A stretch of DNA of 64,000 nucleotides from Diadema antillarum (GCF_040938485.1 NW_027271000.1:2480001-2544000); one strand, 5' to 3'; shown: positions 41,847-54,893, numbered from the stretch's first letter. Numbers and translations are program-made. Notes: a model not told the origin generated them from the sequence alone.

Positions 41847-43825
41847 GCCTAATGTGTCTCATGACAAAACATCAGTTACCATAATGACGCCATGGAAAAT
41901 GTGATGGCGCCCTTCAATTTCATGTTTGCGCTGCATTAGCTGATCAGAGGCAGAGTTTATCTCAATCAGGAAACTTGTACCCCCCCCCCCCCTTGTTCGT
42001 CATTACCATGGCTATCTTGTAATGCCCCTGTCACAATAGACTGCAACCGTTTGCAACCGTCAATTTTGGTTCCACGACAGGCTACAATAGGCTTTAACCG
42101 CCGTCGATCTCATTGCAGGTCACAAAAAGGCATTCACAAATGCAACAGCTGCAGTCGTACAGCAAAAGCGACTAGAAGAGACCATTGCACAAGTATAAAA
42201 TCGAATTAGCTCGTATTTTACTCGCATATACTCGTGCGAGTGGTTGTGGCGTTCACACATTGTTATCATCATAAAAATATTGGCGATCAAGGTAATGCAA
42301 TCATTATTAGTTTTACTGATGACATCTAGCCTACTGAATAGCTAAGTTTTATGATTACCCATGTTGACTATAGAAAAAAAGGAGATAACCAAGAATTGAA
42401 ATAGATAAATTACAATAGTATATCTCCCCCCCCCCCAAAAAAAAAAAAATGCTGAAAGCTTTCTTCAAGGCTGTATGAAATCAAACGCAAACTATCATGT
42501 TTTAATTTTCGCAAGAATGTGTCGTAGATGCCACAATTCATTATTTTCTTTCTCAATTGTTTATCTTCTGTGCTCATATTTTATTGTGTTCGACATAAGG
42601 AGCAGTTCATACTATCACATGACTTAATGTAAGTGTTATTTAGACGTAAGGTAATGGTTCATTGTTTGTATGCAGTCTTATGAATAAGGCCCCTAAGATG
42701 GACTGTAAATAAAATTCACATAATATCGTACACGATGTATAACCATATTGCACAAGGATTTTGGCCCATTAAAAGACAAACAAAAAACCTATGTCATATC
42801 ATTTCAATGATGCAACTAATATGGTGTGACTCATAATATATTCCTCCACTGTTGAAATGGTTTGTATTCACTAAACTATAAGAAATCTATATCATTGAAA
42901 AATAATTTTGCATGTTTCTGTATTTGAAGGCTTCTCGGGTTGGTGTCAAATTCATAGCCAGCGTCTGCGCAGTAACATTCGAGGCCAATACTTGAACCAC
43001 ATGTGAACAATTACAGATGTGCAGAGAAAGAAGTGTAGCTTGTGTGGACAGGACTACTCAATATAATGTTTTGCTGTATAGCAGGGGTTGCAAGCTTAGC
43101 AATATCTTACAATAAACGACACGGAATGAGACTAGTGTGAGTGATTGCCTGGGACGGCTATGAGACAGGAAGTGCTAAGGGGAAATGTGCAGGCATGGGA
43201 TGATAATCACCTTGCCATCCACAGCGGGGCGCTGCTCGGTAAGTAACGGCTGGGTTGCCGTTTTTCAGGCAATTCTCAGGCTGCACTGTTGCTGCTTCTG
43301 TGCATGTATTCAAGGAAGATGCATGTTGAGAGTCGCAGTACGAGCCGAAGCAGCCGACATTTCTTCGTGAAGAGGCCACTGTTCATACTGAATACGCCGT
43401 TTGGCCGATGACGTAGGGCCTGCAGCAGGCAGCCGAATGGATACATAAACAACTCAGCACGAAGAGTAGAGTTACATGGCTGGCTGAACAGAATGAATGG
43501 TAACTGAATCTCCCGGTTGCGCTCAGAAATATACAGTACACTACAATATGTATTTAAGCACCTTTTTCACTTTCGTGTATATTCGCGTGGCAAACTACGC
43601 TCAGGAATAACGGAAGCCAAAGGTGCTGAGATCTGGCTGAAAGGCGTGGTAATACGCAAAAAGGTAAACACTGTCTAGCACTACGAGCCGGAAAACACAT
43701 TAACAATTCATATGTTTGTATTCTCATCCGTGTTTCATCCTTATGATAAGCAAAACTGTAATAAAGGCTTTTTCAGATACATTGTATATATACACGTACT
43801 TTGTGTCAGGAAGGGAGAACATGCA

Positions 43826-44251
43826 ATGGATGTGGTGGATATGAGCGGAGAATGGGAGCTCGTTTCGAGCGAAAACATGGACGCATTTCTAAAGGCCTGT
43901 GGGGTGGGGATGATTCACAGAACCATGGCCGCAAGGGTCAGTCCGACAGTCTACATCAAACAGAGCGGTATGGAGTCCTTCGAAATCACCACCAGTACTC
44001 GATTTCGTGATCAGAAACTTTGCTTCACGGTGGACCAGGCCTTCCGCAGCACGATCCCTTGGGAGGACAGCGAGCGAGAGATGCTGGCCAGATGGGAAGA
44101 TGGTCGATTGGTCATCAGGGTTGTCGGCGACGTGGACGGGAGCGAACCCGTTTTCGCTAGGTATCTTCAAGGAGATCAACTCGTCCTGGCTCAGAGCAAG
44201 AAGGGTGTCGAGGCCAAGCGATTCTTCCGGAAAATTGTCAATAAGACGTAG
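43826..44251 (+). CDS. Fatty acid-binding protein / iLBP (FABP-B), single coding exon, 141 aa (136 aa if started at ATG 43841)
   Basis: MDVVDMSGEWELVSSENMDAFLKACGVG...ARWEDGRLV...GVEAKRFFRK is a clear iLBP. The longer tracked ORF from 43712 runs through a likely intron (donor AAG|GTAAAC at 43664, acceptor tgtcAG at 43809). AATAAA is at 44828. Confidence 0.92.
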   Translation: MDVVDMSGEWELVSSENMDAFLKACGVGMIHRTMAARVSPTVYIKQSGMESFEITTSTRFRDQKLCFTVDQAFRSTIPWEDSEREMLARWEDGRLVIRVVGDVDGSEPVFARYLQGDQLVLAQSKKGVEAKRFFRKIVNKT

Positions 44252-46816
44252 CGCAGGAAGCGTTCTGATTATCTTCCTACGAAGACAAACACGAAAAGTA
44301 TGTAAATGCGACAATATTGACATTGATCCGGTGCAGCTGAACTAGATATAAAAAAGGGCTTTCTTAGCTCTGTGATACATGGTTTATCATTCATAATAAT
44401 GGCAGGTTGTAGATCGTCTTTACGTTTGCTAAGTAGGCGCCTATCCAGCAGCGCGCCTTTTGATCCTTATTACAACATGATGAAGCATAACGTCAGCAGA
44501 TGAAACAGGTGAATGGAACAGGCTAGCTATAGTTCATAGCAGGGAGATCCACTTATAGGATCTTTATGAAGTAGAATGTGTTTAAAAGGAAGAGTATATC
44601 TTTTCTTTTGGGACTGCTTGAGGCGCAACCCAGTTGACAGTATTAACGCAGCTTGATATACCTCTTAAGCCGTAAGGGTAACATAAGTACTCTAAGAATG
44701 AAATGATAGCGCACAGTCTTGCCAAATCGCTGCAGAGAAGCGTCACACAGTGTATAAATTGCTTAGATTCTAAGGGTATAATATCAAGATGAAAGATACC
44801 AAGATATTGCCAACTCCTGCCCCAACAAATAAAAAGGAGTACTAGCTGCCAGTATATTTTTCATGAAGTTCACTCTGATGTATATGCAACCACGTGTTTA
44901 CGACCTCCCCGACGACCTTCATGGCAACCTCCTCGGCAAAAAACAAAAAAAAAAAAAAAAAAAAAAAAAAAACTGCATTTATTACCGTCCTATCTTTGAG
45001 TGTTTGATTTGAGAATGGTTTATACATTCCGATAGTGTTACAATGGTTGGTTGGAATGATATTGTGCGTTACTGTCAACGTAAAATAATATACTAACCAG
45101 ACCATTTTTAAATGTGTATATAAAGTGCTATGAGAAGCTTGTATGTCTATATACTGCGGTTAATAGTTACACAGAAATGTTCAGAATCATGATACAAGGC
45201 GATGGTTTGAGCAAAATTGCATGTTAGTTGCATACTTTGATACGTGATTATTAATGTTGTGGGAATACAATTTGTTCGGAATGAGTAACCAATGAGAAAT
45301 GAGTCACAAAGAGATGCTGTGTTTTCCCTAATAAACCACACGTTACTGGTACGACTATCGCCACAGGCGTAATCATACACAGTCATGTAATTGCATTTTG
45401 AAATTTAACGAGGTTCGTACATCTCGCGTCTTTCGGCTATGCATTCCAAAAGTACACAATGAAACTGAAACTTAGGGAAATGCATATAAGGTGTAAAATT
45501 ACACGTACATAAACTTCCATCCTGCATAATGACTCGTATAAGTGCGCTTTAGTATAATGATAGTTATAAAAATCAGACTGACACTATAATACTACAGCGT
45601 GTACAAACAGTATAATCTTCATCCTTACTCGGCAATACATGATACGTAATTACTTGCGCAAATGACTCGAAGCACTGCAAATTTATTTCAAATAATACCG
45701 CGCAGATTTATTAAACGTACATTTTCTCACTCAGCGTTGTAAATTGCATTTGACAAACTTATTTGACAATCACTTGAGACAACGATGTTTGACAATTCTT
45801 GCTCTGACTAACTCTACCAGTATCAGTGTTCTACAGACCGTTGAATTCAGATTTGACGCAATTTATTGGCATCGGTGATTTTCCGACAAGTTTTAGATTG
45901 GCACATTCCATGTGAATTTTTGTTGTTGTACCGTACTCTTTATGAAACAAATTAATGAACTATGCATGCACAACATTTTGAAAAATAAGGCATTCCTTGT
46001 CTTTTTTTTAAAATGTGGATGTACATGTACCACATACCTCAAAGACTATAATGATTCTGACTCACCCATCAAGCTGCCCCCGTGACGCGTGGTCTTATGT
46101 GCTTGGAAATGAAATTTGATGCGGTTTGCATGTTTCACAAGTGATGGCTGAAGTCGATATCTGCACAAGTAAAATCTTGCCCTTTAAGAGGAAATGTACA
46201 TGTACTTATAATGTAGCTTGTGTTCTGCATGTATTCGTGTAACTAAGTAGGACAGGTTACGCTAACACAGATATTTTGTGTATGTACACATATTGTATCT
46301 GTGGGCGTTATCTTCGTCGTGCGTGGTAGTACATGTATTACCAATTTACCGTAATGAATGTAGCATCTGTATTATTGTTGCAATTGGAAAATGCATAATG
46401 GTTTTATTTTGGCGATAAAAGACACATTGGCTGATGGAGAATGGTTTCGTCTTCCTAATAAGATTTTCATCTTATGTTTTTCAAACAGAAGTACGGCACT
46501 CTCAAATGAAAACATTTTGATTGAAAAACGATTCTCCTGAAAGAGTTACAAAAGTACATTGTATACTTAGTAGTCTGACAAAGGGCCAATGAAAAGAAAG
46601 TCTGTGCAGCTAATGACACATGTGCGAATAAAGAAAGGGAGCAGAGACACCGTATAACAAGTGCAGATGTATCTAAAGTGCAAAGTGAAATGTTCTTTTG
46701 GGTCACCTCGTTACAATTATGTCATATACAGTGTCATATAGAGTAATAGCCACAAGGATGTGGCATTTTAATATTTCTCTTATGAGCAACACAACCACTT
46801 GCCATAACATAATTCC

Positions 46817-46870
<54 letters not shown>

Positions 46871-48176
46871 GGCCTATGAAATGCATCGTTTCACACTATC
46901 CAGTTTATTGTAAGTACAAATGTAGAACGTGTCATCAAATTTACAAAATATCTTTAGATTTAATATATATATGCATAAGTCATCCCTCACTAAATCGAGC
47001 AGTGCTACTTCTATGTACACACAAATAAATAAACAGACAACTGCTGTCATGCATACATAAACGCCCGTTTGTACAAGTTTGTTTCTGAAAGTGTGCGGAG
47101 CTATATCCTGACGTACACGATATGCCGAATACTATTTTAGTACGCAATACAATGTAATATTATTACATGTATTCGCACGTCTCCCACTTTTCTTCAATCT
47201 TGTTCTTTTCTTTATGCAGTACAAGGTGTTTGTTGTTGTTGTTGTTGCTGTTGTTGTCGTTGTTGTTGTTGATTTTTTTTTGTTCAGTGACTGCTAAACC
47301 CTGTAGCAAAACCCAGCATTTGAAAGTCAGCTGCTTGGAGGTACAGTTGTATGTCTCAGTTGAATTTTAAGTTGTACACAAAAACATGATTATGATTTTC
47401 AAGTTGATATGATTACTGGTTTATGAAATACATGTATCTTGATATCATGAAATATACCTGATATGTAAGGGACTCTATGCAACTGCACATGCATAATTTT
47501 CTATATATTTATTTCTCTATTTGCTCGCGTACTTGTGTTATTTTTATCGTGTGAATTGAACACTGTTGTTTGTGGAGGCCTACAAAATGTAGCATGAACA
47601 GTATACTTGTGCATCTACAAACATTGAAACAATATTACATCAACAAAAACGAGTAGAATATAAACATTGAATCTGTGATTGCAAAATATATTCAGAAGTC
47701 AATTAAATTTAAAAAGAATAGCTTAATCAATTGTAATAATACATTAATGCATATACATTAGCTCACATCTATTTTTAACAAAACATGTACAAATTGCAAG
47801 ATAGAGAGAGAGAGAGAGAAAGATAGTGTGATATTGATAAAGCAGTATGAGGTTTGTCCCCCCGCCCTCCACCTTTAGAAGACTGCCCAACCCCAAATAT
47901 TTTACAAGAGTTTAGCTGTATATTATATCTGTTGTCTATATGTTATATATAAAAGAATACAGAAAGCATCGATATTACATTGATACAATTTGATTACAAA
48001 TGTCATACAGAAACATTGATTGCACATGTATCAATGTATCAAACAATCAAGGAATGTTTTGTGAAAGTGTTTTCTTTCCATAGGATGCTGCCTGAAATAT
48101 GAACAGGAACAGAAACTGTTGGCCCACATTCACTGATTTTTTTTTTTTTTTTTTTTCTCAGCAACTACTACTACAG

Positions 48177-48342
48177 CAGGGGCGGATCCAGGGAGGACCG
48201 CAACCGGCGCATGCCCCCCCCCCTTTATTTTTTGTTGAAAGAAAAGAAATAAAAGGAAAAAAATGGAGGGAGGGGTGCGTGCGCCCTCCCTTTAATTTTG
48301 TAAACGCGCCCCCTCTTTACAGAATTCCTGGATCCGCCCCTG
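48177..48342. mobile_element. Short MITE with CAGGGGCGGATCCAG TIRs and a 6-bp TSD
   Basis: CTACAG|CAGGGGCGGATCCAGG...CCTGGATCCGCCCCTG|CTACAG. Confidence 0.85.
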
Positions 48343-48966
48343 CTACAGTGTACTCCCGTTATAACAAATACAGTTAAAATAAAATTTTTGAAACAATCGA
48401 GTAAAAATTGAGGCCCCCAAATTATCATCTATACATCTTTATACACTTTACTGTTCAGCTACAAAGAAATCTCGATATACCGAAGTAAAACTGCCGATCC
48501 TGAGGACTTTGTTATAACAGGAGTGTGCTGTAGTTACTGCTGTATTGAAAATGCGACATGAAAATATTCACAACAAAAATAAGCTGGATTCAACACAAGC
48601 ACCATCGATTTAATCAATTATGCATTTCATAGTCTTTCATAAAAGAGACATCAGATCACAAATACATTTTATTTCTGCTTTATTGCACTTTACACCACTT
48701 TCTGAATATATTCTGCAAAACCGAAGGCTTAAAAAGTTCCATATGAATATACAACAAGTTAAAAAAATACAATATTTACTATAGAAATCTTTCTGCCACT
48801 TGAATAACCCTCAAAACAGTTATCAAAGTAAATGAAAATGTTGATTAAAGATAGTGAAAAAACACATCACATTCTTTACAGACACAGTTTTGTAAGGGGG
48901 CTGGGATAGGGAAAGAATACTTAGGTGAGCTTAATGAGTGCAGGAGAGAATGCCTTCTACAAAGAG

Positions 48967-49146
48967 GCAGTGACACAATGAACTTGGAACAAATACCCAA
49001 GCTCCGAAATTCCAACATTGTTACATTTACGTGCAAGTAGTCCAAGGTGGACAAGGCATATCAAATGTAAGTAAGAGATTATTAAGCATTAACAATATCA
49101 GAATTTCGGAGCTTGGGTATTTGTTCCAAGTTCGTCGTGTCACTGC
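48967..49146. repeat. 46-bp inverted repeat with an 88-nt spacer
   Basis: 48967-49012 versus 49101-49146, 2 mismatches. Confidence 0.9.
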
Positions 49147-50529
49147 TGGCATTCAGGAATAGCCTGGTGGTAGTGTCACTGCCCATCAGAAGCAGTAGAT
49201 GACAGATTCGATTCTGGCTGGTTCCTTTTCCCCGACAGGTTTGTTAAAAATGTAGATCAGCAGTTGCGATCTTACAAATTCCATTTGTACAGAGGGAGAC
49301 AAATTGAAGAAAACTCATACCCTATAACAATAGCTGTTTATAAAATGGGTTTAAGAATCTAGCCAATCAGAAGCGTTGGAATCAGTCATGTGTGCTATCT
49401 CTAGTTTTCTCGCTAATGCATGGGAGTGCAAAAAGTGCACAGTAAAAGAAAAAGAAAAAAAGAAGCATAACAGTGCTGCATTACTGTATTTCATGGCCGA
49501 TTACCAAACTGCTCTGTGCAGCTAGCTGTGCACGGGGCATGAACCTCAACAACTGCTTTAATTCACATCTTCGTCTGCATGGCAAGTCATAGAGCAGCCA
49601 CAGTGTATTGACATATTGAGTTTTACCAGCTGATATTATAATTCATGGACCCATTTTATAAAACAAATAATGCACAGCTGAATTTAAAGGTACTGTTTAC
49701 CATTGGGAGCAGTGATTTAAACTTGTCTGAGTTATCACATTTGATGAATATGTGTAGGTCACTTGCATCACAAAACAGCCTACCATATAAAAATTTTGCA
49801 ATAAAGCCTAAAATATAAGGAGATATCACTATTTTTCTCACTAAACCAGAACTGTAGATGGTTTAGTCTAGAAACAATTATATTATAACTAACGATCACA
49901 TTTTGTATATTGAACAACACTTAACATTGATTATACTGATTAACTTTTTTACACCGGTTGTTTTGTATCCCCAACTCACATTTCACAACTATTTTGAAGC
50001 ACTAAAGCTGGGTTTTTGTTTCATCTGCAAATGGTAAACAATGCCTTACTAGTGGAGATGCTGCTCACATTCAGGTATGCACAATGTCATGCAACATACA
50101 CTTGGCTACCCCTCATGCATGTTGCACCATTGTGAATACCGTCAAGTGAGCTGCATCTCCACTAATGCACTCTCACCTCAGCATTATTTGCCTATTATGA
50201 CACTATGTGGCACATTGATAATCATCTTAGGCACAGAGACAGTTAAGCAGTGTATAAACCTAACCACTCCTCATGAAGGAAACAGGAAAAGCGTGATATG
50301 ATTATGTGTGTATGACGTATGCAGCAAATTTTAGTATTTGTTGGATGCTAATTCGGTGCATACAGTCCCATGCAGAAGGCTTTTGAATTTAAATATTTAC
50401 ATATGAGACAGGCACTTAAGTAATTACAGGATTTCAAAAATAAATCTTGAACAACAAGCAATAATGTTCACAGGCATGTCAGTTGCATGTTAGACATATC
50501 AGACATTTAATACATTGGTACATTGGTAC

Positions 50530-50830
50530 ATTCATTCATTCATACATTCATTCATTCATTCATTCATTCATTCATTCATTCAAGTGTATGGCACAACTTG
50601 CCTTGTTGGTACTGTTTGCTGACTATTGCTAGTCACCTAGGGTGAACCACAAGAGGTTGGCATCTTTCGCCTGATTTCTTGTGTTGTTAAGTTGTGTGGG
50701 TAGGTAGGTGGACCATTTCACTAGGTGAGCACCCTGCTCTTTGCGATGAATGAAAGAATGAAGTAGGATCTTTTACATGTGTGAGTCATGGCTAACTCAC
50801 ACAAGGGACCTCCATTTAATAATGTCCGAC
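50530..50830 (-). mobile_element. 3' part of a SINE with a (TGAA)n tail
   Basis: Shares blocks such as CACCCT.CTCTT, GGATCT.TTAC.TG and CACAC..GGGACCTCC with 33230-33360, and ends in a TTCA repeat at about 50531-50582. Confidence 0.45.
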
Positions 50831-51938
50831 AGACATTAGTGCATGTACACTACAAAAACAAAAGAAATCGTTTCAGTGTTTTTATGTACTTTCCCTACGT
50901 GTGCATACATATCAGTAGCTTTCTAAACATAGGTCTCCTCATCAAACTCTTTACTCAGCAGCCCAAAGCTAAGCAATGCAATCACACCCTTAAAGACACA
51001 AAAAATCATAAGTCTGGATCTACTCTGTTGAACAAGGCTGGAAATTAATGCTGGTCACTCAACTGCCAGTGGCTAGTCCCAGACAGTCAGGTTTTCAGTG
51101 CTTGCTTCCTTCTTGGTATGCACTTGGCTCTTCTAGTGTCTTTCGTATACAACATATATTTTTATTTCTTGCTGAAACCTCATTCTTTGCCCAATGGAGG
51201 AATCCTTTTCAGGAGTCATTCCTTGCTAGATACATGTACATGCAAATTCATGAAATTCTTCCATCGAGTTGTTTATTATTGCAACTGATTTGATTAACGA
51301 TTGCCCTATATATCGACGTAAATTATGTCGACGTAGGGCAATTTGTTAATCAGTTGTTATACATCTGTACGGTTGTCTATCCAAGGACGGCAATAAGCTC
51401 ATACACATTTCCAACTTGCTGAACACTCATGTGGGTGGAGAGTAATTTGGTCCCACAAGCAGTACACAGCTTGGATTAGTGTAAGACAAGACAACCCCCC
51501 CCCCCTTCTGCCAATTCATATGTCAGTTAATTATAGGCCGACGAAGTCTTTACATTTTTTTTTTTTTGGGAGGGGGGGGGGGGTAATAAATGAGAATTGA
51601 AACGTGTGAGCATGAAATATGTTGATTGTGAATGAGCAGGATGATCATTATGAATGCAACATTTCAACAAATTTTGTTGAAGATGGAGTTAGAAATTCTG
51701 ACCTCGATGTCACAATTGGAAAGCCTGCCAGCAAGAATGACCCATGTGACATCTTTACAAAGATGATTATAGCTGTACATGCTAGGAATGGTTTTGGTTT
51801 CATAAAGAGATGATGTGTTATGCTCTAGAAGCAGCATAAAAAATAATAATATGATTTACAAGGGTCAAAGAAATCTTTAAAAGAATTCAAAAGAAGATGT
51901 GACTTCAATCCTAAAATCACATCCATGTGACTAGGCTT

Positions 51939-52695
51939 TCATCCATCACCAGCTTTCATCTTTTTGTTTTTGTTGTGCTTGGAGTCAAAATTATCTCTGG
52001 ACGCAATGCCTCCATCTCTTGGTGGGAAGCCCTTCCCTGGGCCCGTCACTTGTCGCACACTAACATTGATGCGGGCATTTCTGAGATAGCCATCGATAGG
52101 CTCCCACTGCTCAGCATTGCATAGCTTATACGCTTCACTTGACATGGCTGCTGTAATCGGGCAGTGTTTGTGAAGCATAGAATTAGCCCTGAGAACACCA
52201 TAGTCACTGTTGCTCTCTGCTTCACTATCTGGCTGACACTGATAGGAAGATGGATGGATTTGGCAAGCATGAGTCATGACTGATGAATTCTTTTCAACAG
52301 AGTCTCCATTTCCTATGGTCCCATTATCCTCACTCATCTCTTGGGGAGTACAAGCATCGGGAGAGTTGGTTTCCATGACAACCTCAGATGGTCTGCCATC
52401 TACTGAACTCACTGCAACTTCACCAGTGATGTTCTCAAAGTTCAATCTCACCTCGACATCTCCTGATGCCTTCATATCCTCCTCCTTGGACGTCTCTGCA
52501 GTGTCTCTGTCTGACAGACTGAAGCATGGTGGTAGCTGGCCATCCTCACTGGCATACATGATCCTTGGAACTGCATGATAGGCAAGGCGGGAATCCCCAC
52601 CCAACACAACAACATCCCCACTCCTCAGGTGCAGGGCAAGGGGCTTTGTTGCCTTGGTCTGGCCTCCTACCAGAAGTATTGCTGATTGTCCAAAA
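51939..52695 (-). CDS. ALKBH1: ALKBH1 coding exon 5 (SFGQSAILLVGG...SGDVVVLGGDSRLAYHAVPR...RINVSVRQV...stop)
   Basis: Acceptor ttttgacAG at 52696, in frame with exon 4. Carries the distal His (HAVP) and the R-x5-R 2-oxoglutarate motif. The five exons total 1473 nt, or 490 aa. Confidence 0.93.
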
Positions 52696-53705
52696 CTGTC
52701 AAAAACACATATTCAATAAACATGGTATATGTCCAATTCCATATTTTAATCTGAATAAGCAAGTTAATAACAGTGCTCTCATGCTGGTTAAAGTTCTTGG
52801 GTTTATGTAAGATTGAAAATGTCTACACGTATTTGATAAACAATGCCTTGCAGACGTAGATAACAATCAGTCAGATGCATTTTATTTAAGTATTATGACC
52901 AAATAAATCATTTAGGGCAGACTCATGCATGTTATATATCGACTTATGTTAATTTTTTGTTTATTTTCTCAGCATATATTCAGTGTATTTGCAACTTTTA
53001 TAGGAACAACATAATGCATAAGACCACACATAAAATGAATTCATGACACAGTTACACCAAGACATCCTGACAGTTCAGTGTGCTCTGCAGTGTTCTGAAA
53101 TGCCTTATATGACAACCAGTATATTCAATCTCTTTACACAATTCTATGAGTGTAAAGTCTAGGCAAATCTTGCTTGTAGCTGCATGTGACAAGACATCAG
53201 GTATAAGCCAGTTTGTAATTAGCTCATGTACACATTGGTACAAATGACCTTTCTTTTTTCTCAGTTGGTTAGGTACTTCACTCGTTTTCAAAGCAGCATA
53301 CTAGTCATTCATAAACTTGCCAAACATAACAATTTATGGAATTTGTGTTCAAACAAAGAATGAACTTGCATTTAGACCAGGTGACCAGAATAGTGCATCA
53401 GTTGACATTCATTGTTTTGTATTGAATGCAATAACACCCTTTTTCTGTTGATATTGCCATATACCAAGCTTGTTGTCGAATGGATGTACTGGCAAGCATC
53501 CTTCAGACAAGGATGACATGAATAAACACGACATCACAGATGCTTGTCTCAGTGAACTAACAAACCAAAATGCCTGTTGGTTCAAATGACCATTTTCTGC
53601 TCAATGCAAGTGGAATTACAAACTGGTCTATTGGAACAACAGCACACTGCAAGGTGTAATCATTCTCTGAAACAACTAAAAAATACTGTATATGCCTGCA
53701 CATAC

Positions 53706-53981
53706 CTGTATGAGATGAGCGGAGCGGTGAGGTCAAACTCCGAGTGGTCAGTGTGTCCACCCAGCGTGGAGTCCATGTGGTAGAAATTAACAATGGCTGC
53801 CTGTGGCTGGAAGCTGTCATAACCAAGAACTCCAGCAATGAATGATGAGATGAGACTGAGGTCTTTAGGAAAAGGGGAATGGGAGTCTTCATGGTACACC
53901 TTGTCATTCCAGTCATAGTGGTAGCCAAGAGTGACCCATCGAAGCTCGTCAATGACAGTGCGACCTCGCTCAGCACCTTTA
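53706..53981 (-). CDS. ALKBH1: ALKBH1 coding exon 4 (LRWVTLGYHYDW...AAIVNFY...GGHTDHSE...PLISY)
   Basis: Contains the LRWVTLGYHY signature and the HxD Fe(II) ligands (H-T-D). Acceptor cacAG, donor AG|GTATGT; 276 nt, phases 2/2. Confidence 0.95.
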
Positions 53982-54267
53982 CTGTGTACAGAGTGATTGG
54001 GAAAAAATCCCCCAAATGATTCTTGAAAACATCTGCACGAAGAATTTGTGAATTCCTCTTCCACCCTGGAATAAGGCCCACTGGCCATCCTCTTTCAAAT
54101 TTCCCCTTCAGTCAATGGAATTAACAGATTCTAGATAACATCACATTTCCATTTAAATTGTAGGTTGCTGTTCTATGCATTACCACCTACCGGTATACAT
54201 TTTTGAACCCTAAAAAGTGTCTTACATTACATTTAGTCCTGAAACCAGCTCAACTTTGTTATAAATT

Positions 54268-54306
<39 letters not shown>

Positions 54307-54341
54307 GCTTATCAAAGATCATTCTATGCACCTAAACTTAC

Positions 54342-54504
54342 CAGAATTTTTGCCTGCTTGCTTCCCATGGATTGGTCAAGCTGCTCTCATGGGCATGGGC
54401 ATCCATATTGGTGACATTTGGCTTGCAGGGGTAGTCTGCTATGCAGCGTTTCACCCAGTATCTTTGCCACTTGGGTAGGAAAGGATTTCTGATATACTGA
54501 AAAC
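54342..54504 (-). CDS. ALKBH1: ALKBH1 coding exon 3 (GFQYIRNPFLPKWQRYWVKRCIADYPCKPNVTNMD...)
   Basis: Acceptor tgccAG and donor TG|GTAAGT; 163 nt, phases 1/2. Matches ALKBH1 GF.FI.NPF....Q..WVK.CL..Y..KPN..N.D. Confidence 0.92.
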
Positions 54505-54893
54505 CTGGCAGAAAGTCAAATATAGAGACACATGTCTTATAATCTGTGTAGGTGTAAGGGAGCTCATGAATGTTATATTTGACTTACGTTTTACATATAA
54601 ACACAATAAACAATCAGTTTTTACACCTAGAGAAAGTACATTTTAGATTTTGTTTGGTTATATAATGCACCCAACATTCCAGTCATCATTTATACTTTAA
54701 AGGTATTCTTTACAGAGTTACACATTTGATTATTACCTAGAAACATCTACTTTTATTTAAAAGAAAGATGACAATGAACATGATGTTATCACATGAAAGC
54801 ATTTCATATCTCTTTATACAAAGTCTACATTTCTTCACTGATCCTTCCGGTTCACATTTGTCTTCATCATTTAAATATCATTTCGGCAATTAA

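Noticed and set aside
43712-43825. 38-aa N-terminal extension of FABP-B implied by the ORF track
   Set aside because: It is not iLBP-like and spans a GT-AG intron candidate (43664-43809).
53985-54088. N-terminal part of ORF 53660-54088 (MASGPYSRV...)
   Set aside because: Intronic read-through; the exon starts at the acceptor at 53981, in phase with exon 3.
54605-54695. ATGATGA...CTGA spacing on the sense strand in an ALKBH1 intron (C/D snoRNA-like)
   Set aside because: Weak terminal stem and no recognisable rRNA-complementary guide; expected by chance in AT-rich DNA.
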